Shown here: one piece after another, positions 30,209-39,458 of the stretch | How positions within the stretch are numbered: position 1 is the first letter of the stretch | How the letters are laid out: each line of letters begins with the position of its first letter | NCBI GenBank assembly: GCA_964519305.1 | Contig: CAZFHY010000013.1 | Location: 52,153-116,152, forward strand | Reading direction: 5' to 3' | Length of the DNA stretch: 64,000 nt | DNA from: Candidatus Undinarchaeota archaeon | GTDB lineage: Archaea; SpSt-1190; JASMDC01 | Translations under genes and position numbers: made by a program | The notes under the pieces: model-generated | The model's database searches: none | What the model saw: only the letters and a program-made list of their open reading frames with translations | What the model was told of the DNA's origin: nothing

Positions 30209-30769
30209 ATGCCTCGACGTACGCTCCTGCTGGGACTGGGCAATCCCCTTCTCAGTGATGACGCTGTCGGGCTGGTTCTGGCCCGAAAGGTGTACAGGGC
30301 GCTCGCAGCCCATCACGGGCTAGGTCCTGCAGGTCTTGAGCATGAACCACCACTCGGGGAGCTGGACCTGCCGGCGCCCGAGCTGACGCTCCCCAACGGG
30401 GATGTGGTGGGGCTCGCCGAGGCCGCTATATCAGGTATCGCAGTGCTCGATGTCGCTTGCGGCTGGGACCTGCTGGTGCTGATGGATTCCATCAAGACCG
30501 TTGGCGGAAAACCAGGTATGGTGATGCGACTTGGGCTCGAAGCCTTTCAGGATACTGTGCGCACGGCATCACCGCACGACCTGAACTTAGCCTCGGCTCT
30601 CGAGTTCGGTGCCAAACAGGGATTCGACGTCCCCGATGAGTTCGTGATCTACGCCATCGAAGCGGTGGACGTGCTCACCTTCAACGAAGGATTGTCACCC
30701 CAGGTCGAGAACGCCCTGGATGGGGCGGTGGACCAGATACTGCGCGAGCAGTTCAACGTGGACGGCTGA
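30209..30769 (+). CDS. Hydrogenase maturation protease
   Basis: GLGNPLLSDDAVG, MDSI, SPHD; directly follows mvhA. Confidence 0.88.
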   Translation: MPRRTLLLGLGNPLLSDDAVGLVLARKVYRALAAHHGLGPAGLEHEPPLGELDLPAPELTLPNGDVVGLAEAAISGIAVLDVACGWDLLVLMDSIKTVGGKPGMVMRLGLEAFQDTVRTASPHDLNLASALEFGAKQGFDVPDEFVIYAIEAVDVLTFNEGLSPQVENALDGAVDQILREQFNVDG

Positions 30770-30778
30770 GCGCGGCGT

Positions 30779-31375
30779 TCAGGTATACCTGAACACTATC
30801 TCAGCCCCTGCCATGGCCTCGGCGTACTCGCGTTGGGCCTTGGCAGCGTCCGAGTGGTCGAGTAGCGTCTCCAGACCAGAGCAGATACCAAAGCATCCCA
30901 GAGGCTCCAGACTGTGTGCTGTGAGCGCGACCGCCAGCTCCGCAACACCCAGAGCGGGCAGTGTCAGGTGGGCAGCGATCCCAGCACCGATGAGCCCGAC
31001 ACCCATGGCGATGCGCTTGTAGCCCTCGGCCTTGCCGCCCTCCACATGCTCCGCTGCTTGCTCGGCCATCTCACTGAAGTAGCCGCGGATTGAGCCCTCA
31101 AACTCCTCCTCCATTTCCTTCGAGTATGCGGTGGTGGGCATGTCGAGCTCGATCCTGAGGTTCGAGTAGTCAGTTGGTTCCGTATGACGGAAGAGGTCAC
31201 CGATCCTGGAGAACAGACCCTTATGCTCGTTGTGTCCGTATATCTCATGGAACTGGCCTTCGAGGTAGTCCGTGAACTCCGAGCTGAGTGCATCGCCCTC
31301 GCCGTACCGTGAGCAGATGTCACCGTAGGACTCCAGGTTGATAGTGATGGTCGCGTCTTCCATTATTTGCACCAC
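30779..31375 (-). CDS. Hypothetical two-TM membrane protein
   Basis: Acidic N-terminal domain, hydrophobic hairpin, own BRE/TATA (GAAGGTTTATTAA). Confidence 0.65.
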   Translation of the reverse strand: MVQIMEDATITINLESYGDICSRYGEGDALSSEFTDYLEGQFHEIYGHNEHKGLFSRIGDLFRHTEPTDYSNLRIELDMPTTAYSKEMEEEFEGSIRGYFSEMAEQAAEHVEGGKAEGYKRIAMGVGLIGAGIAAHLTLPALGVAELAVALTAHSLEPLGCFGICSGLETLLDHSDAAKAQREYAEAMAGAEIVFRYT

Positions 31376-31409
31376 TTAACGGGTTAATTTTGGCGACTTA
31401 ACCCGTTAA
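31376..31409. promoter_or_regulatory. Inverted pair of TTAAC-N2-GTTAA palindromes overlapping the promoter
   Basis: TTAACGGGTTAA (31376-31387), 10 bp spacer, TTAACCCGTTAA (31398-31409). Confidence 0.6.
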
Positions 31410-31418
31410 TAAACCTTC

Positions 31419-32351
31419 TCATTGTATCGACGGAACACTCTTCCTGAACGGCGGCTCGTCAATCCCCCGTGGCCCGTGGTACAGTTCGCTCAGCTCCAAC
31501 ATTGTCAAGAGCCGCACCCACATCGTCGTGATCTCCCGTGTAATCGGGTGCTCGGGTACATGCTCCACCACGGCCTTCTCAGCTACCATGGCCTCGGTGA
31601 CAACGTTGTCGTAGGGGAGCTCACCCACGACCATGACATCGTTCTCTTTGGCCCATTCCTTGAGCTCACATGTTATGTCCGGATTAAGGTCGCTCTTGTT
31701 GATGCACAGGGCGGGAGTGATGCTGAAGTGCCGGGCGACCCCCACCACCCGCTGGACGTCGTGTAGCCCTGAGCGTGTGGGCTCGGCCACCGCGAGCACG
31801 AGGTCGGTGTTGGCGATGGCAGCGATGACTGCGCACCCGATGCCCGGCGGGCCGTCGATGATGGCCAGCGCCTTGTCGCTTGCCTCCGCCAACGCCCTGG
31901 TCTTGGCGCGCACCCGGGACACGAGCTTCCCACCGGCCTCTTCTCCAATGTTGAGCCTAGCATGGACCATCGCGCTATGTCGTGTGTCGGAGACATACAC
32001 CTCGCCAGTGTCCGCGTCCTCCATGGCGATGGCGCCATCCGGGCACACGACCACGCATACGCCGCACCCCTCGCACGCGTACGGATCGATGACCAACTCG
32101 CGGATGGCGTTGAAGCGGCATGCCTCCTCACAGATTCCACATCTCGTGCACTTCTTGGTATCCATCACGGCCTTCCTCGAGCCGGAGAAGTCCTCCTTCT
32201 CCCGAACGGTGGGGCTAAGGATGAGGTGGAGGTCGGCCGCGTCCACGTCGCAGTCAGCCAGTAAGGCGCTCCGGGCAAGGGCCGCAAAGGAGGCCGTGAC
32301 GCTCGTCTTGCCCGTGCCGCCCTTCCCGCTGACGACCGCGAGCTGCTTCAT
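31419..32351 (-). CDS. MinD-superfamily P-loop ATPase with inserted 2x[4Fe-4S]
   Basis: SGKGGTGKT, DCDVDA, CTRCGICEEAC, CEGCGVC..CP, DGPPGIGC. Confidence 0.9.
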   Translation of the reverse strand: MKQLAVVSGKGGTGKTSVTASFAALARSALLADCDVDAADLHLILSPTVREKEDFSGSRKAVMDTKKCTRCGICEEACRFNAIRELVIDPYACEGCGVCVVVCPDGAIAMEDADTGEVYVSDTRHSAMVHARLNIGEEAGGKLVSRVRAKTRALAEASDKALAIIDGPPGIGCAVIAAIANTDLVLAVAEPTRSGLHDVQRVVGVARHFSITPALCINKSDLNPDITCELKEWAKENDVMVVGELPYDNVVTEAMVAEKAVVEHVPEHPITREITTMWVRLLTMLELSELYHGPRGIDEPPFRKSVPSIQ

Positions 32352-33049
32352 GCCCTCGCCTCCACGAACACGTCCTCCACGGCAGCCCCCCAGTCGCGTC
32401 TTCCTCCGCCCTGGCTCACCGATGCAAGCAAGGTGCCTCTGTCGACAACATGCACCCCAGCGATGGCATCCGCCCCATACTCGAAGAGCACGGGGGAGAG
32501 GGGAGTTGTGGGGCCGATGACCAGTGTGTAGCCTCCCGACCACGTGAGCACGTCCTCCAGGGTATGGTTCACCACAGCGGTCCCGCTCAAGACCACAAGG
32601 TCGCAGTCAGGCAGCATGTCCTCCTCAGCGCTCATGGGTAGTTGGCCCCCCGCAGGCATCGCCTCGAACACCAGGGGCCATACACCATGGGCGTTGAGCC
32701 TTCGCACGAGCGGCTTGAAGTCGCCCACGATACCGATGCGCTTGGCGTTGTCGGCCAGCTCTACGATATGGTCGAACACGTTCAACCGACGTCCCGTCAT
32801 AGGAGGCAGGCATGCGTTTAGGCTGGCAGCGCCGATGGCCGCCTCCACTAGGTTGTCCGAGCGGACCAGGGGAATCAGGTCCCTGCCCACCAGTCTCCCC
32901 ACGGCCGTAGGGGTGTTCCGGTGACCGGGGAATGTGTGGGCCAGCCCCGTGCGTCCGTTCACCGTCACGGCGGTATACTTGATCCCAACACAGATATCAT
33001 GTGCGACCCCGCCATTGGCAGTTGCTATCACATCGTCGATGAGCGTCAC
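32348..33049 (-). CDS. DUF364-family protein
   Basis: AAIGAASLNA, LPDCDLVVLSGTAVVNHT, GPTTPLSPVLFEYG. Confidence 0.8.
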   Translation of the reverse strand: MTLIDDVIATANGGVAHDICVGIKYTAVTVNGRTGLAHTFPGHRNTPTAVGRLVGRDLIPLVRSDNLVEAAIGAASLNACLPPMTGRRLNVFDHIVELADNAKRIGIVGDFKPLVRRLNAHGVWPLVFEAMPAGGQLPMSAEEDMLPDCDLVVLSGTAVVNHTLEDVLTWSGGYTLVIGPTTPLSPVLFEYGADAIAGVHVVDRGTLLASVSQGGGRRDWGAAVEDVFVEARA

Positions 33050-33888
33050 TGTCGATCACCGATCCTCTCGAACATCCGCGTAAAACCGCGTCGCATGGCG
33101 GGGAGCCGGGAGGTGAAGGGTACACCCTCGGAATACAGACGGGCAATCCGCCGGTCGTTGGGGATGCGCAGGTCCACGGGTATACCCTCACCCTTGCAGT
33201 ACCATTCCACGTACTCGTCACCCACGCCGTCGCGGTTGATGACCACCGAGAAGGGGATCTCGAGAAGGCGGACCACGTCCACGGCAATCCGCAGGTCGTG
33301 GAGACCGAAAGGTGTGGGCTCGGTGACCAAGATGCAGTAATCCACACCCTTGAGCGACTCGATAACAGGACAGGCCGTCCCCGGCGGGCAATCCAGGATT
33401 ATCAATCCCTCGTCGCCCGCGGTCGCCTTCACCTGAGCGATGAGGGGGGATGCCATGGGCTCACTGATGTTCAGCTTCCCGTGGACGAAGGTAATGCTTC
33501 GGAACTCGCCCCTCTCCACTACACCGATCTCCCGGGGCACCTCGGTGATGGCATCCTCGGGACACACAAGGGCACACCCGCCACACCCGTGGCAGAGTTG
33601 GGGGAATACGAGCACCTGTTTAGAGAACGTGGCCATGGCGTTGTAGGCGCAGAAGCGGGAGCATGCACCGCAGTGGGTGCACTTCTCCTCGTCGACCTCG
33701 GGTATAAGGATGGTTGCTGGCCGAGATTCATTGATAGTGGGGCGGAGGAATATGTGCGCGTTGGGTGCCTCCACGTCACAGTCGGTTAACACCACGTCGT
33801 CACGTTCCACTGCCAGTGTGAGTGCCAGGTTCACCGCCACAGTGGTCTTTCCTGTGCCGCCCTTGCCACTGGCAACGGCAACCCTCAT
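33046..33888 (-). CDS. MinD-superfamily P-loop ATPase with inserted 2x[4Fe-4S]
   Basis: ASGKGGTGKT, DCDVEAPN, CTHCGAC, CHGCGGC, TEPTPFGLHD. Confidence 0.9.
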   Translation of the reverse strand: MRVAVASGKGGTGKTTVAVNLALTLAVERDDVVLTDCDVEAPNAHIFLRPTINESRPATILIPEVDEEKCTHCGACSRFCAYNAMATFSKQVLVFPQLCHGCGGCALVCPEDAITEVPREIGVVERGEFRSITFVHGKLNISEPMASPLIAQVKATAGDEGLIILDCPPGTACPVIESLKGVDYCILVTEPTPFGLHDLRIAVDVVRLLEIPFSVVINRDGVGDEYVEWYCKGEGIPVDLRIPNDRRIARLYSEGVPFTSRLPAMRRGFTRMFERIGDRQ

Positions 33889-33993
33889 ACACAATCACCC
33901 TGAGTGAGCACGATGGAGCCCGGCCCCATGTACATGTCGAACGGCCCTACCCCTGACAGGCCTGTCCTTCTGAGGCTCGGGATGCTCGCAGCA

Positions 33994-34401
33994 TCATGTA
34001 CATGGCCCATCGTGGTGGTGCTCGCCCCCGTGGTCGCACTCTTCCTTCTCCAGTCCGTAGCCCTTACCACCGCCGTGCGTGCAGGCGCTCTCACCACCCT
34101 TCAGTGTCCCGTCCACAATGGCCCGGATGACATCCTTCACCGGTCCTTGTACACCCAGCACGTAGCTAATGCCTACCTGGTCGAAGAGCATAGTGGCCCG
34201 TGGCCCCATACCGCCGGCTACTATGCACTCAGCACCGATCTCGTGAAGGAACCGGGGGATGAGGCCCGGCTGGTGCCCCGGGTTCGGGATCTTCTCCCGC
34301 TCAACGACCTCCCCATCTTCAATTGTAAGAATCGTGAAGATGGGGCACCTGCCGAAGTGGGCGGATACGTTTTCACCGTCGGTCGATATCGCGTACTTCA
34401 T
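33994..34401 (-). CDS. NifB/NifX-family protein
   Basis: SAHFGRC, GGMGPRA, His/Cys-rich tail. Confidence 0.85.
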   Translation of the reverse strand: MKYAISTDGENVSAHFGRCPIFTILTIEDGEVVEREKIPNPGHQPGLIPRFLHEIGAECIVAGGMGPRATMLFDQVGISYVLGVQGPVKDVIRAIVDGTLKGGESACTHGGGKGYGLEKEECDHGGEHHHDGPCT

Positions 34402-34421
34402 GGTTCACACCTCGTGCTCGT

Positions 34422-34796
34422 TCAGAGCCTCCCCCCGCGCATCCCCAGCGGGCCCAGCGATGGTTCTTTCGGCTCCTCTAACTCACCCTTCTTGAAGCGC
34501 TCCAAGGCCTCAGCGGCCCTGCTCGAGGCGCCGATGTACATGTGGATATTGGCTGCAGTGAGAGCGTTGAAAGCGTTGGGACCAACATGTCCCGTGATGA
34601 CAGCTTCCACACCAATGTCAGCCATCCGCTGGGCGGACGCGATGCCCGCGCCGCGGGCGGCATCGTTCGAGTCGTTTGCGACGGCCTCTGCCGCCCCCGT
34701 CTCGCTGTCGACGATGAGGAAGTAGGCGCACCTCCCGAAACGGGGGTCCACGCCGTCCTCTAGTGTCTTTCCATATGAGGTTATGCAGATTTTCAT
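34422..34796 (-). CDS. NifB/NifX-family protein
   Basis: DPRFGRC, GAGI..AQ, TGHVGPNA. Confidence 0.85.
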   Translation of the reverse strand: MKICITSYGKTLEDGVDPRFGRCAYFLIVDSETGAAEAVANDSNDAARGAGIASAQRMADIGVEAVITGHVGPNAFNALTAANIHMYIGASSRAAEALERFKKGELEEPKEPSLGPLGMRGGRL

Positions 34797-34863
34797 GCTC
34801 GTCAAGCCTCTCCCGAACAACCTTACCATGAGAAAGAGTGATAAATGCATGCTGTGATATATC

Positions 34864-35499
34864 TCAAACAATCACTTCTGTCTCACAGTGACGGTCGCCG
34901 CGGGGCATGCTCTTCTTGATCTGAAGTGTAACGGGCCGTTTAAGGAGGGATTCAAGGACACCTGTCTTGAGCCCGTTGCACACCTGGCAGAGGGAAGGAC
35001 GCGTGGCTGCGTACTTATAGAGCGGACAGCGGTAGATCCGAAAGGTCGTGGGTTGACCCTCATCAGCTACATCGATCTCGAACACCTCGTCCTCCGTGGA
35101 CATCTCATAGCAGATCTGCTGGATGACGTCCGATAGTACCTCCCTTTCATTGGTATGGTGAGAGAAATAGGGCGCCATTTCCCTCCCTACCTGACGGGCG
35201 AGATTTGCGCACAACGCATCGGCTTCCGACTCGGAGACCTGGTGGGTCATGGCCTCGTAATCGAGGAATCCCTTCACCATCTCCATGCAGACGTCGAACC
35301 AGAAACCCTTCCTTGTCTTAGAGTAGTTCCAGAGGTTGACCCTTCCCACTCGCAGGCGTTCGGTTGCACCCTCGGATTCCAAGGCCGCTAGCGCGTTCTG
35401 GGCAGTGTTCCATGACACATCGAGCTCACGAGCTATGTCGTGAGTGGTCTTGGGACCGCCTGAGCGAAGTTCGTGGATTATTCGTTCGGTGAGTGTCAT
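34864..35499 (-). CDS. HTH regulator with V4R/methanogen-output-like sensor domain
   Basis: N-terminal wHTH (DIARELDVSWNTA); C-terminal RCP..LC..C..GD.HC. Confidence 0.7.
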   Translation of the reverse strand: MTLTERIIHELRSGGPKTTHDIARELDVSWNTAQNALAALESEGATERLRVGRVNLWNYSKTRKGFWFDVCMEMVKGFLDYEAMTHQVSESEADALCANLARQVGREMAPYFSHHTNEREVLSDVIQQICYEMSTEDEVFEIDVADEGQPTTFRIYRCPLYKYAATRPSLCQVCNGLKTGVLESLLKRPVTLQIKKSMPRGDRHCETEVIV

Positions 35500-35644
35500 G
35501 GTAGTTATGATATATCATGAGAAATATTAATATTCTTTTCCACGACCCCCCGCTTGTGAGAAGAAGGAGTGCGTGCGTCCACCGGCGAGGTCCATTATCA
35601 ATAGTGAGCACACTAGGGATGATCCGGACAAAGAATCATGATGC

Positions 35645-36490
35645 ATGGAGGAGGGCTTGACAATGGGACACAAGGAAGATATGCAGGAGCAGGACAAGAA
35701 GATCAAACTAACACTTGACCGCATCAAGCATAAGATAGCCATCATGAGCGGCAAGGGCGGTGTAGGTAAGACTTCGGTCACCGTGAACCTGGCCGCGGCA
35801 TTCACTGCCAAGGGATTGCGCGTGGGCGTTCTAGATGCGGATATCCATGGACCAAATGTACCAAAGATGCTGGGCATGGAGGGGAAAAGGGCAACGATTG
35901 GCCCCCCGGGCATCTTCCCAGTGGAGATGGAAGGAGGCATCCCCGTCATGTCCATAGCATTCCTCCTCAGCGAGGATGACGCCCCCGTCATCTGGCGGGG
36001 CCCTGTCAAGATGGGTGCCCTGCGACAGTTCGTCTCTGACGTGGCATGGGGTGACCTGGACATCCTCTTGGTTGACCTCCCACCGGGAACCGGTGATGAG
36101 CCGCTGACCGTGATGCAGACCATACCATTGGACGGAGTGGTTATCGTCTCGACTCCTCAGGACGTGGCACTTCTGGACTCGCGCAAGACCATCAACATGG
36201 CTAATCATGTGAATATACCCGTGCTAGGACTCGTGGAGAACATGGCTGGATTCGTGTGCCCTGAGTGCGGTACTGAGAGTCATATCTTCGGAGCTGGTGG
36301 CGTTGCCAGAGCCGCGAGGGATTATGGTGTGGACCACCTCGGCACCATCCCCCTCTCGCTCGACATGCGCACATCGGGGGATGCAGGGAATCCCCTCGTC
36401 ACGAAGAATCCGGAGGCTCTCGCATCACAGCATGTCATTAGGATAGCCGAGGCAATTCAGAAGAAGCTGAAGTTGGATGGATTCACATGA
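35645..36490 (+). CDS. mrp: Mrp/NBP35 Fe-S carrier ATPase
   Basis: SGKGGVGKT, DADIHGP, WRGP, DLPPGTGD, ENMAGFVCPEC. Confidence 0.92.
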   Translation: MEEGLTMGHKEDMQEQDKKIKLTLDRIKHKIAIMSGKGGVGKTSVTVNLAAAFTAKGLRVGVLDADIHGPNVPKMLGMEGKRATIGPPGIFPVEMEGGIPVMSIAFLLSEDDAPVIWRGPVKMGALRQFVSDVAWGDLDILLVDLPPGTGDEPLTVMQTIPLDGVVIVSTPQDVALLDSRKTINMANHVNIPVLGLVENMAGFVCPECGTESHIFGAGGVARAARDYGVDHLGTIPLSLDMRTSGDAGNPLVTKNPEALASQHVIRIAEAIQKKLKLDGFT

Positions 36491-36950
36491 TAATATCGCT
36501 CAAGTAACGCGCATTCCAAACCGGAGGGATTTTATGGCCGAAATAGAACCCGCTAGCGGTGTGGAGGAACTACTGAGGAAGGCTGGTTACTCACAGAGAG
36601 CAATCCGGTATTATATAGAAAAGGTCAACGTTGGAGTGCTGCCCGAGCCGTGCGTTCGACATGCTTACACGGGTCCCTGCGGTGACACCGTTGAAGTGTT
36701 TCTCCACATTGACAAAGGCACCATAAAGGCCGCTCGGTTCGAGGCTATTGGAGGGGTGGGGGCGTTCATTTCAAGTTCCGCCCTTATCGATCTCATCATC
36801 AACGGAACTGTGGATAATGCTGAGCGGATAACCACCGATGACGTCATCGACCATCTTGGTGCGATCCCCAAGGCTAAGACCCACTGCGCATTGCTCGCGG
36901 TGACCACTCTGAAGAGGGCTCTCAAGATATATCGTGAGGAGATTGTCTGA
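36477..36950 (+). CDS. IscU/NifU-N-like scaffold protein
   Basis: GPCGD, K.HCALLA. Confidence 0.75.
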   Translation: MDSHDNIAQVTRIPNRRDFMAEIEPASGVEELLRKAGYSQRAIRYYIEKVNVGVLPEPCVRHAYTGPCGDTVEVFLHIDKGTIKAARFEAIGGVGAFISSSALIDLIINGTVDNAERITTDDVIDHLGAIPKAKTHCALLAVTTLKRALKIYREEIV

Positions 36951-36973
36951 CAGGGCCGACGTACCGTTGAGAC

Positions 36974-37276
36974 CTACTCTTCTGCCACCACTCGTATGGC
37001 GCGGCCGTACACCAACGCCTCGGCAACCTTGCGCCGCGCTTCCCGGAGGGTGCGCCAGATAGTACCACGAGAGACGCCCATTCGGTTTCCGGCCATCTCT
37101 TGAGAGAGGTCCTCCAGGTCCACGAGACGCAGAGCCTCGATCTCCTTGGGGGTGAGCTCTACATCCCCAGAGCCCCCCTCCTTGTCCGGGGTGAACTTGC
37201 GACATGCTGGCCACACTTCGATGGTCACGTCCTTGGGGCAGCGGCCCCTCCGATGCTCCCGTCGTCCCCAGCGCAT
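36974..37276 (-). CDS. DUF134 (UPF0251) DNA-binding protein
   Basis: EIEALRLVD..LSQE.AG.RMGVSRGT..ARRKVAEALV.G. Confidence 0.88.
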   Translation of the reverse strand: MRWGRREHRRGRCPKDVTIEVWPACRKFTPDKEGGSGDVELTPKEIEALRLVDLEDLSQEMAGNRMGVSRGTIWRTLREARRKVAEALVYGRAIRVVAEE

Positions 37277-37366
37277 GTGTTCCCTCGATCGCCCTCGAAA
37301 TAAAAATGTTAGCCCTCGACGCGAATCGGGACCTAATCGTCCGGGGGGATTGGCCTCTGACGGGAT

Positions 37367-37723
37367 CTATCCCTCCTTCTGCTCGTGCGTCTGATTCTCG
37401 CGCAGCTCCTCCAGCGCAATCCTCTCCGATCGCAGCGCCTCGATCTCCACGTCGATGGCTGCCATCTCGGCATCGATGTCCTCTTCGGTCCGTGGAAGGG
37501 CCATTGCTAAGTCCCTCTCAGGCGGAGCGGACGACATTCTTCCGTGGCAGGAGCCTCGTCCGTGTCTTTGTCCTCTTCCATATCCACTACCACGTCCACG
37601 ACCGCATAATCCTCGTCGGAGCCCGCTCCTTAGAAGCGACACGGTCTCGGAATTGCATGGCCCAAGGCCACGTCCTGTCAGGGAACCGCGGCCCCCGGGC
37701 CCTGTTCCATCTCTTGCTGGCAT
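37367..37723 (-). CDS. DUF5320-like Gly/Arg-rich protein
   Basis: MP.RDGTGP.G.G..TGRGLGPC, C-terminal coiled coil. Confidence 0.75.
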   Translation of the reverse strand: MPARDGTGPGGRGSLTGRGLGPCNSETVSLLRSGLRRGLCGRGRGSGYGRGQRHGRGSCHGRMSSAPPERDLAMALPRTEEDIDAEMAAIDVEIEALRSERIALEELRENQTHEQKEG

Positions 37724-37859
37724 TGTAGTTACACCTCATTTCGTGTTTATGCACGTTGTTATTTATGTGATATTGCTCGAAATATAAATACTTTTCGTGC
37801 TATGACACATATTGGACGGAACATCTCAATAAGCAGCCCGGCCTATATGATGTAATGAC

Positions 37860-39458
37860 CTAAGCCAGGTAGAGGATGACGAGCCCCATGCATGTGATGA
37901 CCGTGGAGCTCGCCAGCGAGATGCGGCGGGCCCACACAGGCGTGCTGCTCCCAAGGACCCGTTGCATCACCGAGGTGAAGGCAACTGCAGCGACACCGAT
38001 ACCAATAAGCGTGGTCGATACCCCGAGACTGAAGGCAAGGAGCACGGTGATGCCTTCGGCGAACCTGCCCCGGGAGACCGCGACGATAAGGAGGGCCAGC
38101 GCCGCGGGGCAGGGCACGATCCCCCCCGCCATGCCCAGCGAGATGAGCTCCCTGAAGTTCCTGCGCGAGCCCTTGTCGGACGGCAGGTGGTCATGCTCAT
38201 GTTCGTGGTCATGGTCGTCGTCGTGCGCGTGCTCCCCGTGCTCGTGCCCATGGTGATGATGGTGCGTCTCGCCCCGCCAGGCGCGGCGGAACATCCAAAG
38301 CCCGACGATGGTAACCAGTGTACCTGAAAGCAGGCTGAGGGCATGTGAGATCACCTCGGGGAGGAAGTACTCGGACGCAGAGAGGGCGAGCACGGCCAGG
38401 GTGAGGACGCCGACCGTATGGGTGACGGTGGCCGTGAGCCCGAGGACCACGGCATCGGTCAGGCGTGCCCCGGTCCCGACGAGGTAGGTCACGACGAGGG
38501 TCTTCCCGTGGCCGGGCTCCAGGCCGTGCAGCGCTCCCGTTAGGAACGCGCCACCGAGCAGGAAGGCGAACCAGACGAACGAGCGTTCCTCCTCGCGCTG
38601 CCCCACCCCTGTTCCCCTAGCGATCATGGGCACCCGGACCGATGCACCCCGGGTGAGAGGCACGGTGAGGTTCAGGACGGCCCGGGATGGGCGGGACAGG
38701 TCCTCGCTGATCCTCACGGGGACCCTGACGGCCGTCGCGGTCGTGGCGTTCGCCTGAGCCGGGGCTATAAGGAGGGAGAAGTCGCCGTGGGATAGCTGTG
38801 CCCCCTCCTCCCCCCGTTCGAGGATGAAACCATCGGACAAGGAGCTTCCACCAATGACGTCGACCGTTACAAGGAGGGTGGCGTCAGGCCCTTCCCAGGG
38901 ATCCATGACTATATCAAATCCTACGTCCCGCATACCGCCGTAGTTAAGCTCGACTGGCGGGTCCGCCGGTGGTGTCAGCGTCTCGGTGTGGTCGGTGTCC
39001 ACCATGGAGACATCGGCCCGGAGGGTGGTGAGGAGGAGCGGTGCAACCTGGGAGTTGTTGGTGAACATCACAAGCGGGAACCGGACCCCGGCCATACGTC
39101 CCCCTGATGGGATGTAGGAGAAGGAAGGGACGTCCCACTGGGCCGTTGCGGGACGGAGCGCGGCCAGAACGGTCTCGCCCGGGTCCGCTGAGCCGTCACT
39201 ATTCGTATCGGCCCATGCAGTGACCCGCAGGAGCTGGACCTGGTGTCTGACCAGGCTCCCGTTGGCGTTAACAGCGTGGAACTCCAAGAACGGTCCTACG
39301 GGATGGAACCGTCCGAGCGTCGAGTTGGACTGTACGGTGACGTCACGACCATGGTATGATGCGACCGCACCGCCCCCCTCCGAGCTCAGCAGGCGGATGG
39401 GAGGGTGGCAGACGCTCAGGATTAGGATGAGTAGGAAGGTCAGGACGAGTCGTCTCAT
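37860..39458 (-). CDS. RcnA/NicO-like Ni/Co transporter with large N-terminal ectodomain
   Basis: LHGLEPGHGKT, His-rich loop, GGIVPCPAA; signal peptide. Confidence 0.8.
   Translation of the reverse strand: MRRLVLTFLLILILSVCHPPIRLLSSEGGGAVASYHGRDVTVQSNSTLGRFHPVGPFLEFHAVNANGSLVRHQVQLLRVTAWADTNSDGSADPGETVLAALRPATAQWDVPSFSYIPSGGRMAGVRFPLVMFTNNSQVAPLLLTTLRADVSMVDTDHTETLTPPADPPVELNYGGMRDVGFDIVMDPWEGPDATLLVTVDVIGGSSLSDGFILERGEEGAQLSHGDFSLLIAPAQANATTATAVRVPVRISEDLSRPSRAVLNLTVPLTRGASVRVPMIARGTGVGQREEERSFVWFAFLLGGAFLTGALHGLEPGHGKTLVVTYLVGTGARLTDAVVLGLTATVTHTVGVLTLAVLALSASEYFLPEVISHALSLLSGTLVTIVGLWMFRRAWRGETHHHHHGHEHGEHAHDDDHDHEHEHDHLPSDKGSRRNFRELISLGMAGGIVPCPAALALLIVAVSRGRFAEGITVLLAFSLGVSTTLIGIGVAAVAFTSVMQRVLGSSTPVWARRISLASSTVITCMGLVILYLA

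Noticed and set aside
33895-33993. Palindrome GACAGGCCTGTC and possible stem in the nifX/minD spacer
   Set aside because: Single GC-rich occurrence, compatible with chance
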